Source: Elsinoe ampelina (taxonomy: Eukaryota). From it: 40,407 bases of DNA. Positions within the stretch are counted from its first letter, which is position 1. Every line of letters starts with the position of its first letter. A program made the translations under genes and the position numbers. Of the stretch, positions 11,269 to 20,136 are shown piece by piece. The stretch lies in NCBI GenBank assembly GCA_010093995.1, contig ML992509.1, forward strand, positions 1-40,407. The letters run 5' to 3'. The notes under the pieces are model-generated. The model saw nothing but the letters and a program-made list of their open reading frames with translations. It was not told where the DNA came from and made no database searches.

Positions 11269-12795
11269 ATGACCTCCCCCGACTTCGCCGCCGCACAACA
11301 ACGCATCCTCGCCCGCCGCACCGCCCGCGCCGCCCCCAACCCAACCAATCTCCCTTCCCTCCCCACTCACCTTCCCGCACAACTCTCCGCTCTCCCCCCT
11401 CCCCTCCTCGCCGCGGCGCAAACTTCTCTCACCTTCCTGCACTCCCTGCGCTCACCTTACGGTACCCGCCCGGCCTTTCGCGTAGGCCAACTCGACGCCG
11501 AGCTGCTGGACGAAGAACTGCTCACGCTCTTCAAGGCGCAAGTGGGAGACGGACTGAAGTACTTCGGCGCGCATCTGGGTGAGGAATGGGGGTTGGAGAT
11601 ACAAGCCGCGCTGAGGGCCGTGTTGTGGAAGCTGAGTATTTGGGATAAAGGGGTGAGTTATGGGGGGTGGTTGCAGGGGTTGAGGTATGGGGATGCGAGA
11701 GGGGGGGAGGGAGGGGTGTTGGGACGGCCGACGGGGTGGCAGAAGGTCGTGTATGGGGTTGTCACGGTGGGGGGGAGGTATGGTTGGGAGAGGTGGGAGG
11801 AGTGGTTGCTTGATCGCGAGGGAGGGAGGGAGGAGGAGGGGTGGGTGGAGAGGTTGGGGAGGGTGACGAGGACGGTGGGGATGGCGCATGAGGTGGCGGC
11901 TTTTGTGAGCTTTTTGGTGTTTTTGTATAATGGGAGGTATAGGACTTTGGTGGATAGGGTGTTGGGGTTGAGGTTGGTGCCGACGAACGCGAGGACGAGT
12001 AGGGAGGTGAGCTTTGAGTATTTGAATCGGCAGCTGGTGTGGCATGCGTTCACGGAGTTTCTGCTGTTCATACTACCGCTGGTGGGGATTGGGAGGTGGA
12101 GGAGGTGGTTGGTCAAGGCCTGGAAGAAGGCGAAGAGCATGGTCACGAGAAAGAGCGAGGACGAGGATGATATCATGGCAAAGGGAGAGTTGGGATTCTT
12201 GCCCGAGAGAACATGTGCAATCTGCTACAAGGACCAGAACCCGACTACCGGCGCAAGCGAGGCGGACATCGTTGCGGCATCGAGTGGTGGAGGTGGTGTC
12301 ATTGGCAGTGCACAAACAGATGTCACGAACCCTTACGAAGCGATACCCTGCGGCTGCATCTACGACTTTGTGTGTCTAGCGCAACGGATCGAAAGCGAAG
12401 AAGGAGAAGGCTGGACGTGTCTCCGCTGCGGAGAGACGGTCAAAGAGTGCAAGCCGTGGTCAGGAGATGTCATTGAAGAGAAGCCTTCAAGATCAACCTC
12501 CGGTAGCAAAGGATCACGGAAGAGTGTGGTCTTTGCGGACGCTGGTCTAGCTGGTGAAGACTTTGCAGCAGAGGACGACGAGGATGACGGAGAAGAAGAG
12601 ATAAGCCGCGTGCTATCTCCGGTGGATCCAATGCCTCTGGAAGATGAAGCCGCAGATGATACCGGTCCATCTGATCGCGACACGGTAGACGATAATGAGT
12701 TGATCGGAGAGTCAACCGAATGGGTCGGCTACGAGGACGCAGAACAGGACGTGGACGGAGCTTCAGAAATCTCAGAAGAGGACGTCGAGGATTGA
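11269..12795 (+). CDS. PEX2: Peroxin-2, peroxisomal RING-finger E3 ligase
   Basis: RPAFRVGQLDAELLDEELL, FLVFLYNGRYRTLVDRVLGLRL, SREVSFEYLNRQLVWHAFTEFLLF, LGFLPERTCAICY, NPYEAIPCGC..., WTCLRC, acidic tail. Likely start MTSPDFAAAQQRI at 11269. Confidence 0.95.
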   Translation: MTSPDFAAAQQRILARRTARAAPNPTNLPSLPTHLPAQLSALPPPLLAAAQTSLTFLHSLRSPYGTRPAFRVGQLDAELLDEELLTLFKAQVGDGLKYFGAHLGEEWGLEIQAALRAVLWKLSIWDKGVSYGGWLQGLRYGDARGGEGGVLGRPTGWQKVVYGVVTVGGRYGWERWEEWLLDREGGREEEGWVERLGRVTRTVGMAHEVAAFVSFLVFLYNGRYRTLVDRVLGLRLVPTNARTSREVSFEYLNRQLVWHAFTEFLLFILPLVGIGRWRRWLVKAWKKAKSMVTRKSEDEDDIMAKGELGFLPERTCAICYKDQNPTTGASEADIVAASSGGGGVIGSAQTDVTNPYEAIPCGCIYDFVCLAQRIESEEGEGWTCLRCGETVKECKPWSGDVIEEKPSRSTSGSKGSRKSVVFADAGLAGEDFAAEDDEDDGEEEISRVLSPVDPMPLEDEAADDTGPSDRDTVDDNELIGESTEWVGYEDAEQDVDGASEISEEDVED

Positions 12796-13754
12796 TCTCA
12801 GGCATTGGGCGACCCAGAAATTGATCACGAGTATCCTCATGCGCAGAAACGCCAAGGCCAAATCTGTCGGTATGAAGTGATTGACGTACCATTTCGGACG
12901 ACTAAGGTAGGGAAGTCTGCCAGGCACACACTGGACGAATGGCAGTCCTCGTACGTACAAAGCCGGCCGCCGGGACTCCTGACTGTCTTATTGACAGTTG
13001 TTGAGTGCCAAAAATTGGCAAAAAGATACAGCACGAAGGATTCTCGCATAGTCACCTACTGCAATACTAACTCCGCGATCAGTTGCTTAAATATGGCAGA
13101 TCTGACGGGATGCCTTGCTTTCAACTGTCTGTGGCCGTATCTGCTTGAAGGCACGTGTTACCGTAACAAGAATCTTGTCTTTGTCGTCGTTCCACAGGGT
13201 CGCAAGAAGCTGTGTACGAGAACCATTCCTCAACGTTGCCACAGCCGTGGACACGACACAAGATCATCCTTGGAACGCATCCTGCGCCTTATACCACCTA
13301 GAGCGTAGTTTCTCGCCAGCTCTTGCAAATGATGATCCTGCAGACTGGGTCCGAGTTCACCGAGGAACAGCTCGCATATTGTTCCTCGAGACGTGGATGG
13401 CGGCTTCGGCTCGCCCCAGGACCTATCAGGACTGGATCTTGCTATTGACAGGTCGCATAGCCTGCCGTAGCTCCACTGTCGATACTATCCAAAAGTCACT
13501 CAAGCAACCGAGCTTTCCTGGTATACTGCTTCGGTGGGCCACCTCAAGGCAAAGCATGCACCCTTTCCATGTGCGAAGGAGCAACGTCAAAAGTCATTCA
13601 TCTCTCAAGAAGATCTTGATGTACAGGCCATCAAGTAAACCGGACCTCGAAACTGCCAGAGGGAGAGCGATGGTACGCTGAGCGCAACGGTCGGTCATCT
13701 GGTAGTAACACAGCTCATAAACTACCAGGGTGAGGCTCTCAACTACAGATGGCA

Positions 13755-13794
13755 ATCTGCATGGTTCGCGCACAATGATCTACATGGTTCGCGC
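13755..13794 (+). promoter_or_regulatory. 17-bp direct repeat ATCTRCATGGTTCGCGC (2 copies) upstream of the 6PGD gene
   Basis: 13755-13771 and 13778-13794, one mismatch, about 210 bp upstream of the ATG. Regulatory function is inferred. Confidence 0.4.
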
Positions 13795-14007
13795 GAGCAG
13801 AAAGCTTGTGACGCTTCTGATGGAGCTTTCCCCAGGATTTGGACGTCGACATGCCGTCATCAGCACGGAATGATTCTGCTGATGATCTCGACTCGCAACA
13901 CACTTGGATCATCCTTTGGGTTTATCTTCCAGAGATGGTTGCAGTCCGAAAGCTCCTCGAACACCAACCTCATCGCCTCCCGAAACACCACTCAGAGGTC
14001 AGCAATC

Positions 14008-15594
14008 ATGGGTATCGACAAGGTAGCTCTACTTGTCTGGGGAGACGATCATTCAATCGCTGAAACATGTGCAGATCGCAATGATCGGATGCGGCAGCAT
14101 GGGCGGTGGCATGGCCTTGCTGTTTGCAGAGAACGGTATCAGTGTGTCCCTTCAGGATCCATCCAAGGCCGCCATGAAGGGCATCAAGAAGCATGCTGAG
14201 AAGCAGGGGCTTGGTGATCGGATCAGTATCCATGAGGACTACGCTTCCCTCACCAAATCTCTGGGCACGCCGAAGGTACTTTTTTTCAGTTTGCCTCATG
14301 GCAAAGTGGGCGACACTGTCTACGAGGGACTCGAGCCATACCTGGGCAAAGGCGACATCATTGTGGATGCTGGCAACGAGCACTGGCAGAATACAGAGCG
14401 CAGGCAAGGAAAGGCTGTCATTCGAGGCATCCGCTACGTAGGCATGGGTGTCAGTGGAGGATACCAGGCTGCCAGGAGGTATTTCAAACCATGACCCCGG
14501 GAGAAGTACAGGTTGCTAATCCTAATTGCAGAGGTCCCTCGATGTGCCCTGGCGCAGACGACGAATCCCTCGACATTGTACTGCCGCTCCTTCAAAGAGT
14601 CGCAGCAAAAGACGACAAAGGGAATGCATGTGTTGCAAAAGCAGGACTGGGAGGATCAGGACACTATGTGAAGATGATTCATAATGGTATCGAGCACGGC
14701 ATGATGAGCGCGGTCTCAGAAGCATGGGGAATCATGGTACATGGTCTGGGTATGTCCTACGACGAGGTGGCAGAAGAGTTCAAGAGATGGGACAGCGAGG
14801 GAGAATTGAAAGGTACCTTCCTCGTCAATATCGGGATTCGGATCTGCACGGCGAAAGACCCGAAGACTGGGGAGCGTGTACTGAGGACGGTAGCGGACAA
14901 AGTCGTACAGGATGTCACCGGTGAAGAGGGTACCGGTATCTGGTCCAACACCGAGAGTGTTGAAGAGCACATTCCAGCGCCGACGCTTTCGACAGCACAC
15001 TTCCTGCGACTGGCTTCTTCCGACCGCGCACAGAGACGCAAGATTCACAACGCTTTCAGCAAGTCTTGGGACCCACAGAAGATCTCCATGTCCGACAAGA
15101 AGCAGTTCCTCGAAGACCTCCGACAAGCAGTCTACGCAGCGTGTCTGTGTTCTTACGTTCAGGGTCTCAACGTCATCAGCAAGACCAACAAAGATCGAGG
15201 CTGGCACATCGACTTTGCTGCTGTCTGGCAGATCTGGCGAGCCGGCTGCATCATCCGAGCGGACTACATTGCGGAACTTATACGCTCGCCTCTTCTTGAT
15301 TACAAGAACCAGGACCTGACCAATATGCTCTACCAGAAGCCGATCGCCGACGACCTGGTCAAGTGCAAGCCAGCACTACAACGCATTGTCGGCCAAGCTG
15401 TCGCGCACGATCATGTGGTGCCTGCCATTAGTGCAAGCTTGGAATACCTCAAATACGAGACGGGGCTGGAGTTGCCTACTCAGTTCTACGAAGCGGAGCT
15501 GGATTACTTCGGCAAGCACATGTACGATAAGAAGGATGAGGACAGCGAGTTGCCGGAGCAAGGCAAGTATCACTTCGAGTGGAAGCCAGCGTAG
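14008..15594 (+). CDS. 6-phosphogluconate dehydrogenase (decarboxylating), divergent second-type paralog, 3 exons
   Basis: IAMIGCGSMG, DAGNEHW, GMGVSGG, GPSMCPG, GSGHYVKMIHNGIEHGMM, GTGIWS, WRAGCIIRA, DYFGKHMY. Introns 14023-14074 and 14479-14531. Confidence 0.92.
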
Positions 15595-15804
15595 ATGGTC
15601 AATCAGACACCCAGTACGAGAGATGACATACACGGAGGTTCACCAAAGAGGCATGGATGAGGACACTAGCAGAACCCAGCCTGCAGGATATATACATACA
15701 ATCAGCTGGTGACGAAGCTAAGCATAAGCATAAGACATGACCGAGCATGACCCTCCCCCTCTTGGAGTCCATCGTATCCTTTTGCAATCAAGGCTAGCCA
15801 GCAA

Positions 15805-17553
15805 TCACAATCTCCCAAACTCCCAGGCCGCCCTGAGGACAACCAACCCCCCACCATGACTCTCCACCGTCCTTCCCCTCCCTCGATCATTCAGATCCCT
15901 CCCCCGTCTTCCTCTCTGCACTTCTCGCCCCCCTTCCTCCTGCCCCTCCTCCTCCTCCCCAGCCCTCGGGTTCCACCTCTCCCACCCCTCCCCCTGCCCC
16001 ACCGACATACCCGTCCACACCTCATCCCTCGTCAAGCCCCTCCTATTCCTATAATCCACCGCACCCGCAGGCAACACCCCACTCTCCAAGCCCATCTGCT
16101 CTTCCCCCCTGCCGTCCCCCCCTCGCAGCCCAACAGTCCACCACGGGCCCATCCTCCCCTCCCCATCTCTCGTCCCCCACGCAGCCCTCGCGTTCCTCCC
16201 CACCCAGCCCGCGTAAGAAAGGCAACTATTCCTGTGCAGCGCGAAAGTCGCCGCGTCGGCCCGGTGGGTTCTCCCGGGGATTCTCGGGACGACGGGCAGG
16301 GGTTGGCAGAAGTGCGTCAGGTGCTGGAAGAAGATACCCTTGAACGTGTGGCCGTCTTGGTTGCACGTGCCTCTGGCGTCGCAGTGGTCTTCGAGGATGC
16401 CGGAGCGGCCTAGGCCGGACCAGATGGGGTGGTGTTTCCCGGAGGGGGAGAAGCCTGTTGCGGTCATGACGTTGGTGATCAGGGCGTGGGCGTCGAGGAG
16501 GTAGGTCACGTTGGCTGTGGATTCCCATAGCCCGCGTAGGCCGGAGAGGATCACGCCTTGGTTGTATGTGTAGACCATTTCGTTGCGGTCGTCGCATTTG
16601 CCGGTGCCGGTGCGGTTGCGCCAGGACCAGCCTGAGACGTGGAAGCCGTCGACGTAGAGACCGTGGTGGTTGGTCATGTTGGAGGAGCGGAGCCAGGTGT
16701 AGGCGGTTATGGCGGAGGTGAGGTGGGTGGGGGAGTGGGGTGGGGCCGGGTCGAGGTCGAGGCCTGAGGGGGCGAGACGGGACAGGAAGGGGGTGGAGTT
16801 GTCGTCGCCGGGAAAGTGGAGGTACATGCTGATGCTGGCTGAGATGAAGAGTTGGTTGGTGATGGCGTTTTTGTAGGGGGCGAGAGAGGGATTCCAGGTC
16901 ATGCCGCCGTTGCAGAGGCGCGTGTCCCAGCCTTTGGCGGCCAGGTCGTAGAAGATGCGGGCTCGGTGGGCGAGGGCGGGGATGAATTGGGTGGCGTGCC
17001 ATGGACTGGTAGATTGAAGGGAAGAGTTGTGGGAGGTGATGAACTTAATGGATTGGAGCCAGCCGAGGACAACCCAGAGCATGTCGTCGAAGGCCTGGTT
17101 GCGAATGGCAAAGGCATTCTCGCCAAAGTAGAAGGCTGTGTTGTGGGCAAAGTACTTGTCGATATCGGACTGCAGCAGAAGAGCTTCGGTGGAGGTCAAG
17201 ACAGGCGAGCTGTATAGATGCTTGGAAAGTGACATGAGAGTCGATGTCACGTAGGTATTTATCACGGCGGCAGTCCAGTCGATGGCGGTGGGCCATGTTC
17301 CAACCCACAGCTGATACCAGCTGTCCTGCATGACCTTGAGAGCATCTTGTACATGTTGCAATGAACCGGTATCAGAGTTTGTGACATGTTTGAGCCTTGA
17401 AGCAGTGTCGAGGAGTGGATCTTGAGGCCTGACTCCAGCATCTGAATAGCCCTGAACACCCCCGTAGAGGGCCCCGGATGAAGCACCGAGATCGGCATTG
17501 ACCAATGTCAACCACCCTGCAACAGCAGACAATAGAACTGAATGTACTCTCAT
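15805..17553 (-). CDS. Secreted glycoside hydrolase family 76 protein (alpha-1,6-mannanase/Dcw1-Dfg5-like fold)
   Basis: Signal peptide MRVHSVLLSAVAGWLTLVNA. Catalytic DD in AFDDMLW. CNGGMTW, YKNAITNQLF, YTYNQGVILSGL, TFKGIFF. Confidence 0.9.
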   Translation of the reverse strand: MRVHSVLLSAVAGWLTLVNADLGASSGALYGGVQGYSDAGVRPQDPLLDTASRLKHVTNSDTGSLQHVQDALKVMQDSWYQLWVGTWPTAIDWTAAVINTYVTSTLMSLSKHLYSSPVLTSTEALLLQSDIDKYFAHNTAFYFGENAFAIRNQAFDDMLWVVLGWLQSIKFITSHNSSLQSTSPWHATQFIPALAHRARIFYDLAAKGWDTRLCNGGMTWNPSLAPYKNAITNQLFISASISMYLHFPGDDNSTPFLSRLAPSGLDLDPAPPHSPTHLTSAITAYTWLRSSNMTNHHGLYVDGFHVSGWSWRNRTGTGKCDDRNEMVYTYNQGVILSGLRGLWESTANVTYLLDAHALITNVMTATGFSPSGKHHPIWSGLGRSGILEDHCDARGTCNQDGHTFKGIFFQHLTHFCQPLPVVPRIPGRTHRADAATFALHRNSCLSYAGWVGRNARAAWGTRDGEGRMGPWWTVGLRGGDGRGEEQMGLESGVLPAGAVDYRNRRGLTRDEVWTGMSVGQGEGWERWNPRAGEEEEGQEEGGREVQRGRRGRDLNDRGRGRTVESHGGGLVVLRAAWEFGRL

Positions 17554-18267
17554 GATGAGAACAGATCCCAAACCTCCTCAACCACAATCCATGACTGACA
17601 AAGACGAGATGGAGGTTCCTGCCTAGAGGAAACAACGGTGAACGTTTGGATATTCCTCGATCTCGGATCATGACCTAGGCCAAGTGAAGTGGATTTGATC
17701 ACGAGACATGCACGACGCACGTTTGGTTCACCCGAGTGCGCCACCATCGTGGGTGGAAAGAAATGAGGGGTATAAAGTGAGGTATCTTGGGAATCTGTAC
17801 ACTGCAGGTGGTCGCAAACTTTAGACTGAAGCGCTTTCTCCTTGGCACGCAGTTGCTCCTCGTCACCCGGGTTCTTTGTTCGCCCAGCTAGGTACTTCAT
17901 CGATGCTCTTTTTGGCGGATTCTCCAAGCGTGAAATTCCCGTGAATGCAGAGCCGCAACTTGGCCCGCCGCACTGCAACGGAAATAATGCTGCTTTTCCT
18001 ATTGGTCAATTCCTGTCCGTCGGGCTTTGAAGTGCGGATCATTTTCCATCTCAACGCGGGGCAGCCAAACTTCCTTTCACCATGGAACGGAAATCCGCTG
18101 CCCCTCTTTGCGGCGGAAAAGCTCTGCTTGGGCACGATGGACTGCAGGTAGGTTTCTCTTCGCTATATCACTATCCGAGGTGTGTCGACCTCGTGTGTAT
18201 TGTTTCTGTCCTTTCCAACGAACTTCTCTTTCAAACCACGGGTCGGAGCTATAGCACATCTCCAGCC

Positions 18268-20136
18268 ATGGACCCAGAGAATCTTCAAAAGCAGCGGGAG
18301 CCAGAGGAGCCACGATTCCTTTCTTTCAAGCACAAGCCCTTTGGCGAGAAGAGACCCAATGGCGAGCAGATCCTCAATCGCTACTCCTCAACCCTTACCC
18401 AAGGCCATGACTTTCCCGCTGCCCAAGCAATGCTCTACGCTGCTGGTATCCCGGATGAGAAGACCATGAAGAACTCCCCTCACGTCGGCATTGCCTCGGT
18501 CTGGTGGGAAGGCAATCCATGTAACATGCATCTGCTGGATCTGGGCAAGGCAGCCAAGGCGGCTGTCGAGAAGCAAAACATGCTCGCGTGGCAATACTCG
18601 ACCATTGGTGTATCAGATGGCACCACCATGGGGGGAGAAGGCATGAGATTCTCTCTGCAGACCCGTGAGCTTATTGCCGACAACATCGAGACTATCACAT
18701 CGGCCCAACATCATGACGCCACTATCACCATACCCGGTTGTGATAAGAACATGCCGGGGGTAGTCATGGCAATGGCCCGCACCAATCGTCCAGCACTCAT
18801 GATCTATGGTGGCAGTACTCAACCAGGCCACAGCAAGCTCCTCAACAAGACCATCAACATCACCACCTGCCTCGAAGCCCACGGTGCCTACATTTACAAC
18901 ACCCTGTCCAACCCAGATGACCCCTCGCAAACCAAGGATGACATCCTCTCCGACCTCGAGCGTAATGCTTGCCCCGGCGTCGGAGCCTGCGGCGGAATGT
19001 TCACAGCCAATACCATGGCCACTGCGTGCGAGACACTCGGCCTCACCCTGCCAGGCTCTGCTTCCACACCCGCAGACTCCCCAGCCAAGATGCGAGAGTG
19101 TGCCAAAGCCGCTGAAGCCATCCGCACCTGCATGGAACAAGACATCAAACCCCTCGACCTCCTGACCAAAAAATCCTTCGAAAACGCCCTCGTCATGATG
19201 ATGGCCCTCGGCGGCTCCACCAACGGCGTCCTCCACCTCCTCGCCATGGCCGGCACCGCCGGCGTCCCGCTCACCCTCGACGACTTCCAACGCGTGAGCG
19301 ACCGCATCCCCTTCATCGCCGACATGGCCCCGTCGGGGAAATACCTCATGGCCGACCTCTACGCCATCGGCGGCATCCCATCGGTCCAAAAACTCCTCGT
19401 GGCCGCCGGTCTCCTCGACGGCACCACCCCGACCATCACAGGCAAGACGCTCGCGGAGAACATCTCCGCCTGGCCCTCCCTCCCGCAAGACCAAGTCATC
19501 ATCCGACCCCTCTCCCGCCCCATCAAAGCGACAGGCCACATCGAGATCCTCCGCGGCAACCTGGCCCCCGGCGGCGCCGTGGCCAAGATAACAGGCAAAG
19601 AAGGCCTGAGGTTCCAAGGCAAAGCGCGCGTCTTCGACAAAGAACACGAGCTCGACGCCGCGCTCAACGCGGGGCTCATCCCGCGCACCGAAAACCTCGT
19701 CCTCGTGGTGCGCTACGAGGGCCCGAAGGGTGGACCGGGCATGCCTGAGCAACTCAAGGCTTCGGCCGCGATCATGGGGGCGAAACTCACGAACGTGGCG
19801 CTGATTACCGACGGGAGGTATAGTGGGGCTAGTCATGGGTTTATCGTCGGGCATATTGTCCCCGAGGCCGCGGTCGGGGGTCCGATTGCTGTGGTGAGGG
19901 ATGGGGATGTGGTGACTATTGACGCCGAGAGGAATGAGATTTCGATGGATGTTGGGGAGGAGGAGGTGAGGAGACGGTTGAAGGAGTGGAGGGCGCCCAG
20001 GGCGACGGTGACGAGGGGCGTGTTGGCCAAGTATGCGAGGTTGGTGGGGGATGCTAGTCATGGTGAGTCTTTGTGAGATGAGGGGTTTAGGGAGGGGATA
20101 CTGACTGTGATAGGGGCGATGACGGACTTGTTCTGA
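18268..20136 (+). CDS. ILV3: Dihydroxy-acid dehydratase (IlvD/Edd family), 2 exons
   Basis: GNPCNMHL, GVSDG, PGCDKNMPG, GACGGMFTANTM, GGSTN, RYEGPKGGPGMPE, ITDGRYSGASHG..VGHIVPEA. Terminal intron 20063-20113 gives ..DASHGAMTDLF*, stop 20134-20136. Confidence 0.93.

Noticed and set aside
12805..13681. Overlapping 167-aa and 188-aa ORFs between PEX2 and 6PGD
   Set aside because: Non-ATG starts, no motifs and no coherent splice model.
18613..20061. 482-aa antisense ORF over ILV3, and similar antisense or alternate-frame ORFs over PEX2 and GH76
   Set aside because: Shadow ORFs caused by high GC and skewed codon usage in well-supported genes; no recognisable motifs.
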